Shown in pieces: positions 19,445-29,190 of a stretch of 64,000 nt of DNA. The first letter of the stretch is position 1. Every line of letters begins with the position of its first letter. The position numbers and the translations under genes were made by a program. Source of the DNA: Leptonemataceae bacterium (GTDB lineage Bacteria > Spirochaetota > Leptospiria > Leptospirales > Leptonemataceae); contig OZ245742.1 in the NCBI GenBank assembly GCA_965227295.1, positions 4,864,001 to 4,928,000 of the forward strand, written 5' to 3'. The notes under the pieces were generated by a model that did not search any database, was not told where the DNA came from, and saw nothing but the letters and a program-made list of their open reading frames with translations.

Positions 19445-22400
19445 TTTCCGCCTCGTCTTCCAGTAATTGACTCCGCACGATTTCCTTAAGGTCTTCCTGT
19501 GACATCTCTTCAAGCGCCATTAAGGCTTCATTCAACTCCAGGTCTTTCTCTTTCTGAGCCTTCTTTTGCAAGACAATTTTACCGAGTTCCGAAATAGAGG
19601 GCGCCAGATACACACTGCTGACCGGTAAGTCTATATCCATTTCTTCCGAAAGTCGCGCCGCCACAACGAAGGCAGTCAGAGAATCCCCCCCGAGGTCAAA
19701 AAAGTTGTTATAGATCCCGACCTCGCCGTACTCTCGCTGCAGGACATCGATCCACACAGTCTGAATTACGCCTTCGATGGAGGTTCGCGGACTGACAAAG
19801 CTCTGCTCGGTTTCAAAATACTTTTTGCCGTGCTCAGTCCCCTCGCTTTCCAGCGCTCCTGCACCGGATCCCGGAAAACGCAGCGCAGTCTCGTTGACCG
19901 AACCATCCGGCAATTCTGGAAGGGAGTCAAGGATTACAAAGTTCAATGGAATCAGAAAATACGGTAATCGACTCTGGAGAAAGGTGCGCAGTTGCGTAAT
20001 CGAAAGCTGCTGGTGTTCCTTGAAATGCAGTGTAAACTCCTGTAGCAATTCGAGAGTTGCTTCGTCAGGTTCAAAGTTGAATCCCGTACGATTTGTGTCA
20101 TCGCGCCAGGCAAGCCAGCACTCCAGCTTGAGGGGATCAATGATGCCGGGCAAAGACAGCAAGATCCGCATCCGCATATCTTTCTCCCAGGCGACCGGAG
20201 CATCCAGAATGCTAACCCCCGTCGTCGAAATCTCACCTGCGGTCATCTCAAACCGACGGCCATCTTCCATTTCCACGGTGCACCGCCGACGTATGGGAAT
20301 ACGCGGCATCTGGCTTTCGTGCGCCAGAGTGAACTGTTCCAGCTCCAGAAGATAGGCCAAACTCTTTTTCAGGAGGGAGGCCTCCACAGGCGAAGTCTGG
20401 AAACCCACTCCGGCCAGTCCGTCCTCAATCCAGCGGACTTCACCACCTACGCGAAACTCATCGAAGAAGCCGGGCAACAGAAGGGTAATCCTCAGATGCA
20501 TGCCGACTTTCCAGTCCGCCGGCACGCCCTGTAGACGCAGGCCACCGGGAGAAACATCCTGAGTCACCAGGGTGATTCGCTGACTATCGCCGTACTCCAC
20601 ATGACAGTGGATGGTAGTGATCAATCGATCCACGATGCGATCCGAGACGATGTAAGCAACCAGTCCGTTGCCGGCCAGCTCCTGGTTCTGCGTCACGTAT
20701 GCCTGGGTAATCGCAGGATGTTCTTCGATCGCCAGTTCCAGTTCACGCAGATTTATATCGCGGCCCTCGATTCCGGCCGTACGCTCTCGAGACCCCAGCA
20801 ATTGAATCTCCCCGGAAGCATTGTAGCGGGCCAGCAGACCGGTTCGAAAGAGCCGTGCGTCCTTAGCTTTCGAAAAAGGACTCTTAACGAATCGTTCCCC
20901 GGTCATCTTTTTCTCGTTTCGATAGCCGGAAGCCAGACCGGGACCGCCGACGTAGAGCTCGCCGACAAACTCCAGGGCAGCAGGCTGCATCTGATCGTCG
21001 AGGATGTAGGCTTCCATGTCGTCGATGGGCCGTCCGATCGGAGGATAGTCCGGCCAGTCGAGAGAACGAAAATCCTTGAGGCGATAAGCGGCAAAGAGAC
21101 CGGTCTCAAAGGTACCGAAACGATAGTTTACTTCGCAGTAGCCGAGCTTTTCCAACATCTCGACCAACTGCCTCGTAATCGAAATCCGGCTGCCGACCAG
21201 ATGAACCTCTCGGAGGTACTGCGGAACCAGATCTTGCTCATGCGCGACCCGGGCAATGCCGCGAAGTACACCCTGATCGGCGAAAATCCGTTCAACGAAA
21301 TGGTCCTTCAGAAACTTGACGAATTCCATATCCTGTCTGCTTTTCTGCGGCGCGATAACGACCGTCCCGCCGGTCGCCAGAGTGGCGAAGGCTTCATGAA
21401 ACAGAACGGAAGAGCTGACCGAGTTGTGCAGCAACGTCCTGGCTCCGAGGGAGAGAGGAGAATTCCGAATGGTATACATCAGCGAGTGGACAAAGCTCGC
21501 GTGGTCCACCTCCACCCCGAGCGGTTTCACCTGATCGTGAGCACGGTAAAACAAAAAAGCGGTGGGATTGGCGGGGACCTTTACGGATTTCGCTGTCTTC
21601 GCCGCCTTCTTTTTGGCCGCTTTTTTCTTTGAAGCCTTCTTTTTCCCCCTGGCAGCCTCCGCCACAACGAACTGACCCGTGCGTAGTTCCAAAACCATAC
21701 GCTGATTCGCAAAATCCTCCGGCCCGCGAATGTCTTGCTCGGCGAAGGTGATGAGCTTGAAAGGATCGGCATCGTGCATGAAGACACTCATGCGCGCCAC
21801 GGAGTATTCGGGGTCCAGGGGCAGAACCGTGCCGCCGACTTTGAGAATTCCAAGTACGGCAGCCAGGAAGGCAAAGGAGCGATCACCGGCCACGGCGACG
21901 ACAGCGCCGGCCGGAATACCCTGTTCCGTAAGATGATCCGCAACCTGTCCGGCTCGCTCGTCGAGATCCGCGTAGGTGAACTTCTGTTCCCCATCTACCG
22001 CGGCAATCGCCCCGGGCACCAGGCGGGCCATGTTCGCTACGAGTTCGTGAATCAGTACGCCCTTCGCCTCAAGGTCCGTCAACAGGCCGTGATGGGGAAC
22101 CGCTTCGGGTGCCGCCTCCCGTTGACGAACGGCTTGCAACTCCTCGCTCACCGGCACGGCGTGCAGGTTCAAGCCATCGACCGAGGTCTTCGGTGCCTGC
22201 CCGGCGCTTTTCAGAATTTCGGCATAGGAAGCCGCGAAGTGTTCCATCGTCGTACGTGCATAGAGTTCCGTCTTGTACCGCAGATCGATACGCAGACCAT
22301 CGTCGCCGCGTCGAATCATTACGACGATATCATCGAAGCCCGCAGTTCGATCGAGGTCGAGCACGTCTATATCCAGCCCGTCAGGAAGACTTCGGGATTC

Positions 22401-25400
22401 CTCTTCAAAGACAAAAGCAAACTGCACAAGCGGGGAACGCGAAGGATCACGCAGAGGATTCAATTCTCTGACGACCTGGAGGAACGGCACATTCGCGTGC
22501 GGTTCGATCCGTTGCAGGTCCTCTCGAATATTCTGCTGAAGGACGGAAATGCTCTGGTCGCCCGACACGCCGACTCGCAGGACAAACAGATTCGTGAGCG
22601 GACCAAGGGGTACATCGGGTTGTACGGGAGACATACGCCGATACACGCCGAGGGGTAGGTCCGTAAGACCGGTGACACGATGCAGGAGAGCAGCCGCGGC
22701 ACTGACGATGACTGGAAGCTCGTCTTTCGGCGCGCTTCCGGAGAACGCTTCCACCGGAACATCAAAGCCTACGGTTTCCGTCCGGAAATTGCGCAGCGGT
22801 GGAATACTCCTGGCAGTGGGCAGCCTTACCGCAGGAAGATCGCCCTGTAGATACTCCTTCCAGAATCTCAGGTTGGCGTCGGTCACCGTCCGGGCGGCCG
22901 CATACTCCCGGTACGGTGTCGGATAAGCAGCCGCGCCTGAATCAGTACCGGCCAGTAAATCAAGCAGTTCCTGTCCGAAAGCCCGGATAGCCGTTTCATC
23001 AAGGATGACGGTATGAGCGGCAATCAACAAGATACTTCCGGATGCGAGTGGAAACAGGCGAACGCGCACCAACGGAGAACGACTCACGGTAAAACCTTCC
23101 TGCGCCCGCGCGATCAATGAATCGAGAATTTCTTCTTCGGATAGTTCTTCGGTATCTACGATTTCGAAATCCGGTGCGGCACCGGAATAGATACGTTGAA
23201 CGGCAACACCGACTTTCGAGGCAACGGACGTCCGCAGGAATTCATAGCGTTTTGTTAATGTTTCAAGAGCTGAACTTACCTGGTTACCGCTGAGTTCGGC
23301 ACCGACAATGTAGGCCACGTGCACGTTCGTAATGTTCGCCCCGGGAGCGACCCGGTCCATAAAGTACGCACTCTCCTGCTCCGGAGACAACGGAAACTCC
23401 TCGAAGGTAAAACCACCGGCAGCCTCGGGGATATCCAGATTCTTGAGAATGTAAATGGAAAGCTGAGCAATACTGGAGCCGTCGGTAATGCGTCCGGCCG
23501 ACAGCTCATAGTCAAGGTCCCGACGCACCCGGCTTTGCAGTTCTACTCCCATGAGAGAATCGATGCCGATCTCTTTCAATGACCGTCCCGGTTCCAGGCG
23601 CGAAACGGGATAACGCATGATCTCTGCTACATTCTTCGCGATGTAGCCCTGCAGCATGGCTCCGCGTTGATCCTCCGGTGTTTTCGCCAGAACGGCCAGC
23701 GAGAAAGGCTGCCCGGAATCCAACTCCCGCGCCGAGGATTTCGCCGGTGCGACGCTGATCCGCGAAGCCAGGATATCTCGATACAACGGACTCGCCGCGG
23801 GCTCTTTCATCGTCGCCTGGAAACGATCCCAGTCGATCTTTATGGCGACGGGCACGGCTAACTGGTGGACAATAGATGCTTCGAGAACGGCCAGGCCGCG
23901 GCGCGAAGACAACGCATGGATGCCCCGGGACAGAAGATTCGCAATCATGCGACTTCCGGTGTCAGACTGCGCGGCAAAACCCGTGTCAGCCCAGGGACCC
24001 CAGACAATGCTCGTTGCCGGCAGCCCCAGAGAACGGCGATAGTGAGCCAGGGCATCCAGGAAAGCGTTACTGGCCGCGTAGTTGGCAAGTCCGTCCGCCA
24101 GCCCGGTGACCGCACCGGAGACGGAAGAGAACAGAACAAAAAAATCGAGTTCGGTATCGGCCAGACACTTATGGAGGACCCAGCCACCGTTCACCTTCGG
24201 ACGAAGAACTTTATGCAGTGCGTCTGCATCGAGATCCATCACCGACCGCCCTTCCAGGACTCCCGCCGAATGAATCACGCCGCGCAGCGGAGGATGGTTG
24301 GCATTGTACTCCTTAAGAAAGTCGTTGAAGCTGTCCTCGTCGGCCGTATCCACGGCGGCGGTGACGATTTCGATCTTTTCGCCGCCCAGGGATTCGCCCA
24401 GGCTTTCGAGGTGGCGCAGTGCCTGAATGCGATCTTTGACCGATTCCCGGTGATCGCCGTCCCAATCTTCCCGGGGCGGCAGCGGCGTGCGTCCGAGGAG
24501 GACCAGGTGCCGGGCCCCCTTCTCGATCAACCAGCGGGCAACCAGCAACCCGATCCCGGTCAGTCCGCCGGTCACCAGATAACCGGCGTCCGCGCGAACC
24601 TCCGCCGATGCCGGCTCCAGTCCCGTAATCGCATGCAGGCGTGCCACGTAACGATCGCCGCCGCGCAGAGCCACATAGTCTTCGTCATCATCGCTTTGTA
24701 ATTCGACAAAGAGCAACTCAGCGGCCTTCGCGGGATCGATCCCCGCTTCCAGATCGACGAGACCTCCCCAGATCAAGGAATGCTCCACCGCCACCGCCCG
24801 GGCAAATCCCCACACAGCCGATTCGATCAGGGATGAGGGTACTTCGTCGCCGATCCGCTGCGCGCCCTCGGTCACGAGGAAAACCCGAGGCCGGTGATCC
24901 GTCGGCACGGCATCCTGGGATTGGATGGCGTGAGTCGTACTCATGAGAACAAGATCATGCACGAGAGCGATCGTCTCCGGAGTGATGTCCTCAGGCGCCA
25001 GCGGGTCGAGGCCCCACAGATTGACCATCGTAAACGGCGTGTCCGGCTCTACCTGGATGAGATCGTCCCGGAGGCCGACGAAATCATCACGGCTGGCCGG
25101 GTTCAATTCGTACTGATCGCGATCGAGTTTCTGAAACTCTTCCCCCGGGAATACCAGGACGGCACGACCACCGGCTGCCTCTGCCAGCGTAGCCAGGGCC
25201 TTGCCGACCCCACGGCCGTCACACAGAATCAGCCAGTTCAGAATCGCCGCGCGATGCTCGCCTTCCCGGGCCTTCGACTGCCAGGTTGTTTCGTAGAGCC
25301 AATCTTTGATGCCCGGGCCGCGCTCTTCTTCCGCGCCCCCATCGTCAACAGGCAGTTGCAGATTGCGCCCCTCGGGCAGCAAACGCTCCCAACGAATATC

Positions 25401-28400
25401 GTAACCAGCGCAATGGATTCGCCCGAGGGCGGCGCGGGTCATGCGAAAATCGTCCACCTTGCGGCGCAGGGTCGGCACAGCGAGGCCGTCGAATCCGCCT
25501 TCCTGCAAGGTCTGCTCAATGGGCACGGTCAGTACGTTATGCGGCCCGATTTCGATAAAAAGATCCGACTCCTCCTCTGCCAGGGTCCGAATCGCCGGAG
25601 CAAAAGAAACAGCCTCGCGCATATTGCGCGGCCAGTAAGCGGCTCCAAAGTCGCCGGTAGCCGCAGCTTCGCCCGTCACCGTGGATACGATCGGCAGCAG
25701 GGGCTCGCTGACGGGCAGACCGCGCAGGGCTTCCTGTAACTCTTCTTTGAAAGATTCCATCTGCGGGCTGTGAAAGGCGTAGTTTACCGGGAGCATCATC
25801 TTGAACACTCCTTCGGGCAGACCGTCCACGACCGCCTGAACCGCTTCTTCTTCGCCGGAGAACACGACGGAGTTCGGGCTGTTGTGCGCGCCAACCGCGA
25901 TGCGATCTTCCTTGCCGGCGATCCGCCGTCGGGCTTCCTCCAGAGGAATTCCCGCTGCCGCCATACGGCCGAGCCCCGTAGCCTTTTGCATGACGCGCGA
26001 ACGATGGTAGATGACCCGCACCGCATCAGCCAGAGCCAGGACACCGGCAGCATGAGCGGCAGCAACCTCGCCGACACTGTGGCCGACCAGGGCATGCGGA
26101 CGCACGCCGTAATGCGCCAGGGTTTCTACGAGGCCGACCTGCAGGGCGAAGATGGCCGGCTGCGCTACCTCTGTTTCGCTCAGGCGCGACTCTTCGGCCG
26201 GGCGACGCAGTTCGTCAATGATGGACCAGCCTGTATGTTCGCGCAAGAGGCGGTCGATCTCTTCTACTTTCGCGCGAAAGACCGGCTCTTGTTCCAGCAA
26301 CGCCGTCCCCATGCCCGGCCACTGCGAACCCTGACCGGAGAAAGCGAAGACAACACGATGTTTGCCCGGTCGGACTTCGCCGCGGCTCACATACGGACTG
26401 GATGCTCCTTCCAGGGCTTCGGCAAGGTGCTCGCTGAGTTCATCGCCGGAATTACCAACGATGGTCATGCGAAACTGTTTCGGATCGCGCTTACGGGCGG
26501 CCGTGCAGCAGAGTTCCTCGAACGCGGCGGCATCGTTGCGGCCCTGCAACCACTGGCGATACAGTGCTGCCTGCTTGTTCAGAGCTTTTGCATCCGGGGC
26601 GCTGAGGGCCAGAATACGCGGCACATCGGACTTGCCGGTCTTTGCATTGGGATTGGCCACAGCCTCATCCCAGGTCATAGTGCGACCGGCGTCCTTCTTG
26701 CGTGCCGTAGATTTGCGTTCGACATTCTCGCCGACAACGGCATCACGAAAGTCCACGTCGATCCAGTACCGATCCCTCGTCCAGGCATGCAGGGGGAGAT
26801 CCACGTGTCGGGCAAATCGGGGGAACAGGCCCGCCAGCTTTACAGGAGCGCCGGCTGCATGCAGCGCAGCAAGTGCATCCATCGCAGCCGCGGTGCAATG
26901 GGAACCAGCCAGGGAGAGGCCCACAGCCACGCCTGGCTGTTCCATTTTCGCGGCCTCTTCCGCGAGGACGGACTGATGGCCAGCGTCCGGCGATAGATCA
27001 ATGAAGAGATCGTGGCCGTCTTCGACTGCCTGACGGACCGAGTCGGTGAGTTCCTCGCCAGAAAGCCTCAGCTCGGACGGAGAAATCTTACCCGCGAACG
27101 AAAAGACTCCGTCGTCGTCGCCGTGATCCCGAACGAACTGTAATGCATCGTCCGGAGATGTCCCGCTGAGCGCCAGGGCGGCCCCCGCTCCCGCGGCCCC
27201 CTGCCCCATCATCATCAGAGGTTGCACTCCGGCCTGCCGGAGCACAGCTCCCAATGCTGCCTGGAGTGCAGCCACGGCGTAACGATCCAGATCGGGGTCC
27301 CGATCCGCGGGTGCGTTAGTACAGTAATTTAGAAGAGACTTCGAGTTATTGTTCAACAACTGCTGGAGCGAGATGTCCCATGCTTCGAGGGTTTCTCGCA
27401 GCACCGGCAGGGCCGCGAGGTCTTCCTCCCGGATGCCCGGCATTCCATTCACCGTGCTCGACAGGACGAACGCGGCCTTGCGTTTCCGGCGGGGATTCAC
27501 CTCACCGCTGTGGACGCCTGCTGCTTTGCCGTTCAGGAAGTCGTCGAGCAAATCGGCGAGGCCTTCTTTTGAAGTTCCGGCAATACATACGCGATGTAAA
27601 TGCTGGTCTCGACGCAATGTCGCATTGTAGGCAATCTCGTAGAGATCGTGGTTGGTTTCGCGGAGAAAATCCCGATACCGACCGGCCATAATCCGAAGAG
27701 CCTCGGAGTTGTGCGCGGTTACCGGCAAGAAGACAACATCCTCGCGTCGGATGAAAGCATCGGGCACATCGTCGTCGTGCTCAGGTTCTTCCGGAGCATC
27801 CGAAACGATGATGTGCGCATTGGTACCGCCGAGGCCGAAGGAGCTTACTCCCGCGTAACGCGGCGTGTCGCTTTGCTTCCATTCCCGGGTCTCGGTCGGA
27901 ATGATGTACTTCGATGTATCAAGGGTGATATGCGGATTAAGGTTCTCAAAGTGCAGGTTACGCGGAATCCGATTGTTTCGCAGGGAGAGCACGGTCTTCA
28001 TGAAGCCGGCCACACCCGCCGCGGTTTCCAGGTGGCCGATGTTCGTTTTTACCGCGCCCAGGACGAGGGGCTTCTCGGCCGTACGTCCCTGACCGTAAAC
28101 GGAGGTAATCGCATCCACCTCGATCGGATCGCCGAGTTCGGTTCCTGTTCCATGAGCCTCGACATAACCCACATCTGCCGGAGCAATGCCGGCGAAGCGA
28201 GACGCGCGGGTCAGCACGTCCTTTTGAGCCTGCATGTTGGGTTGGGTCAGGCCCACGCCGCGACCGTTTTGATTTACGGCGGATCCGAGAATCACGCCGA
28301 GCACTCGATCCCGGTCTGCCAGAGCGTCGGACAGACGCTTGAGCACGACGAGTCCGCAGCCTTCACCCCGCACGAATCCGTTCGCGCGGGAATCGAAGGT

Positions 28401-29180
28401 CATGCACCGGCCGTCGGGCGACAGAGCGCGGAGCCGTGAGATTCCCAGAGTCATCATCGGAGTGAGGTGCAGGTTCACTCCGCCGGCTACAGCCATATCG
28501 CATTCGCGAACCCGTAATGCCTGGCAACCGAAATGAATCGTCGCGAGGGATGATGCGCACGAGGAATTCACCCCGACACTCGGTCCCTTTAGATCAAAGG
28601 TAAACGATAGTCTGTTCGCGCCAAAGCCCGGAGCGTCGCCCGTGCTCGTGTAAGGATCAATTAAGTCAATGTTCGCATGCGTGAGCTGACCGTAATCCCT
28701 GGCGTAGACACCGACATAGACACCGGCTCGAACCCCCGCAATGCTCTCTCTCGTGTACCCGGCATTCTGAAAGGCTTCGTAGGCAACCTCGAGCACCAGG
28801 CGTTGCTGCGGATCGAGGTTGGTCGCCTCGCGCGGATTGATGCCGAAGAAACTCGCGTCGAACTGATCGACCTGATCCAGGAATCCGCCCCAGCGCGAGT
28901 AGATACGCCCGGGCGCGTTTTGATCGGGATCGAAGTAATCGTCGAGATCGTACCGGTCCTCCGGCACCTCACGAATGGCATCCACTCCGTCCTCAAGGAG
29001 TTTCCAGTAGTCGTCCGGCGACTCCACGCCGCCGGGCAAACGACACCCCATACCGACCACGGCGATGGGCTCCCGCTCCCGGGACTCCAGGTCTTCGATG
29101 CGCGCACGCATCTTCTGCATGGCGGCCAGGGCCCGCTTTACGGGAGATATCTCTTTTGACGATCCTTTGTTATCACTCAT
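19437..29180 (-). CDS. Hybrid PKS-NRPS: KS-AT(degenerate)-AT-KR-ACP-C(degenerate)-A(degenerate, with 2x PilZ insertion)-PCP
   Basis: KS NSSCASS/EAHGTGT/NIGHLE; AT GHSVG...YAFHS; KR TGGLTGIG...YAASN; ACP GIDSL; C HTVILDE; A FTYADL, GELYVGGPGLASGY, LPYFLIP; PCP FFDLGGDSL. Confidence 0.92.
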   Translation of the reverse strand: MSDNKGSSKEISPVKRALAAMQKMRARIEDLESREREPIAVVGMGCRLPGGVESPDDYWKLLEDGVDAIREVPEDRYDLDDYFDPDQNAPGRIYSRWGGFLDQVDQFDASFFGINPREATNLDPQQRLVLEVAYEAFQNAGYTRESIAGVRAGVYVGVYARDYGQLTHANIDLIDPYTSTGDAPGFGANRLSFTFDLKGPSVGVNSSCASSLATIHFGCQALRVRECDMAVAGGVNLHLTPMMTLGISRLRALSPDGRCMTFDSRANGFVRGEGCGLVVLKRLSDALADRDRVLGVILGSAVNQNGRGVGLTQPNMQAQKDVLTRASRFAGIAPADVGYVEAHGTGTELGDPIEVDAITSVYGQGRTAEKPLVLGAVKTNIGHLETAAGVAGFMKTVLSLRNNRIPRNLHFENLNPHITLDTSKYIIPTETREWKQSDTPRYAGVSSFGLGGTNAHIIVSDAPEEPEHDDDVPDAFIRREDVVFLPVTAHNSEALRIMAGRYRDFLRETNHDLYEIAYNATLRRDQHLHRVCIAGTSKEGLADLLDDFLNGKAAGVHSGEVNPRRKRKAAFVLSSTVNGMPGIREEDLAALPVLRETLEAWDISLQQLLNNNSKSLLNYCTNAPADRDPDLDRYAVAALQAALGAVLRQAGVQPLMMMGQGAAGAGAALALSGTSPDDALQFVRDHGDDDGVFSFAGKISPSELRLSGEELTDSVRQAVEDGHDLFIDLSPDAGHQSVLAEEAAKMEQPGVAVGLSLAGSHCTAAAMDALAALHAAGAPVKLAGLFPRFARHVDLPLHAWTRDRYWIDVDFRDAVVGENVERKSTARKKDAGRTMTWDEAVANPNAKTGKSDVPRILALSAPDAKALNKQAALYRQWLQGRNDAAAFEELCCTAARKRDPKQFRMTIVGNSGDELSEHLAEALEGASSPYVSRGEVRPGKHRVVFAFSGQGSQWPGMGTALLEQEPVFRAKVEEIDRLLREHTGWSIIDELRRPAEESRLSETEVAQPAIFALQVGLVETLAHYGVRPHALVGHSVGEVAAAHAAGVLALADAVRVIYHRSRVMQKATGLGRMAAAGIPLEEARRRIAGKEDRIAVGAHNSPNSVVFSGEEEAVQAVVDGLPEGVFKMMLPVNYAFHSPQMESFKEELQEALRGLPVSEPLLPIVSTVTGEAAATGDFGAAYWPRNMREAVSFAPAIRTLAEEESDLFIEIGPHNVLTVPIEQTLQEGGFDGLAVPTLRRKVDDFRMTRAALGRIHCAGYDIRWERLLPEGRNLQLPVDDGGAEEERGPGIKDWLYETTWQSKAREGEHRAAILNWLILCDGRGVGKALATLAEAAGGRAVLVFPGEEFQKLDRDQYELNPASRDDFVGLRDDLIQVEPDTPFTMVNLWGLDPLAPEDITPETIALVHDLVLMSTTHAIQSQDAVPTDHRPRVFLVTEGAQRIGDEVPSSLIESAVWGFARAVAVEHSLIWGGLVDLEAGIDPAKAAELLFVELQSDDDEDYVALRGGDRYVARLHAITGLEPASAEVRADAGYLVTGGLTGIGLLVARWLIEKGARHLVLLGRTPLPPREDWDGDHRESVKDRIQALRHLESLGESLGGEKIEIVTAAVDTADEDSFNDFLKEYNANHPPLRGVIHSAGVLEGRSVMDLDADALHKVLRPKVNGGWVLHKCLADTELDFFVLFSSVSGAVTGLADGLANYAASNAFLDALAHYRRSLGLPATSIVWGPWADTGFAAQSDTGSRMIANLLSRGIHALSSRRGLAVLEASIVHQLAVPVAIKIDWDRFQATMKEPAASPLYRDILASRISVAPAKSSARELDSGQPFSLAVLAKTPEDQRGAMLQGYIAKNVAEIMRYPVSRLEPGRSLKEIGIDSLMGVELQSRVRRDLDYELSAGRITDGSSIAQLSIYILKNLDIPEAAGGFTFEEFPLSPEQESAYFMDRVAPGANITNVHVAYIVGAELSGNQVSSALETLTKRYEFLRTSVASKVGVAVQRIYSGAAPDFEIVDTEELSEEEILDSLIARAQEGFTVSRSPLVRVRLFPLASGSILLIAAHTVILDETAIRAFGQELLDLLAGTDSGAAAYPTPYREYAAARTVTDANLRFWKEYLQGDLPAVRLPTARSIPPLRNFRTETVGFDVPVEAFSGSAPKDELPVIVSAAAALLHRVTGLTDLPLGVYRRMSPVQPDVPLGPLTNLFVLRVGVSGDQSISVLQQNIREDLQRIEPHANVPFLQVVRELNPLRDPSRSPLVQFAFVFEEESRSLPDGLDIDVLDLDRTAGFDDIVVMIRRGDDGLRIDLRYKTELYARTTMEHFAASYAEILKSAGQAPKTSVDGLNLHAVPVSEELQAVRQREAAPEAVPHHGLLTDLEAKGVLIHELVANMARLVPGAIAAVDGEQKFTYADLDERAGQVADHLTEQGIPAGAVVAVAGDRSFAFLAAVLGILKVGGTVLPLDPEYSVARMSVFMHDADPFKLITFAEQDIRGPEDFANQRMVLELRTGQFVVAEAARGKKKASKKKAAKKKAAKTAKSVKVPANPTAFLFYRAHDQVKPLGVEVDHASFVHSLMYTIRNSPLSLGARTLLHNSVSSSVLFHEAFATLATGGTVVIAPQKSRQDMEFVKFLKDHFVERIFADQGVLRGIARVAHEQDLVPQYLREVHLVGSRISITRQLVEMLEKLGYCEVNYRFGTFETGLFAAYRLKDFRSLDWPDYPPIGRPIDDMEAYILDDQMQPAALEFVGELYVGGPGLASGYRNEKKMTGERFVKSPFSKAKDARLFRTGLLARYNASGEIQLLGSRERTAGIEGRDINLRELELAIEEHPAITQAYVTQNQELAGNGLVAYIVSDRIVDRLITTIHCHVEYGDSQRITLVTQDVSPGGLRLQGVPADWKVGMHLRITLLLPGFFDEFRVGGEVRWIEDGLAGVGFQTSPVEASLLKKSLAYLLELEQFTLAHESQMPRIPIRRRCTVEMEDGRRFEMTAGEISTTGVSILDAPVAWEKDMRMRILLSLPGIIDPLKLECWLAWRDDTNRTGFNFEPDEATLELLQEFTLHFKEHQQLSITQLRTFLQSRLPYFLIPLNFVILDSLPELPDGSVNETALRFPGSGAGALESEGTEHGKKYFETEQSFVSPRTSIEGVIQTVWIDVLQREYGEVGIYNNFFDLGGDSLTAFVVAARLSEEMDIDLPVSSVYLAPSISELGKIVLQKKAQKEKDLELNEALMALEEMSQEDLKEIVRSQLLEDEAENE

Positions 29181-29190
29181 TCAGTACTTC

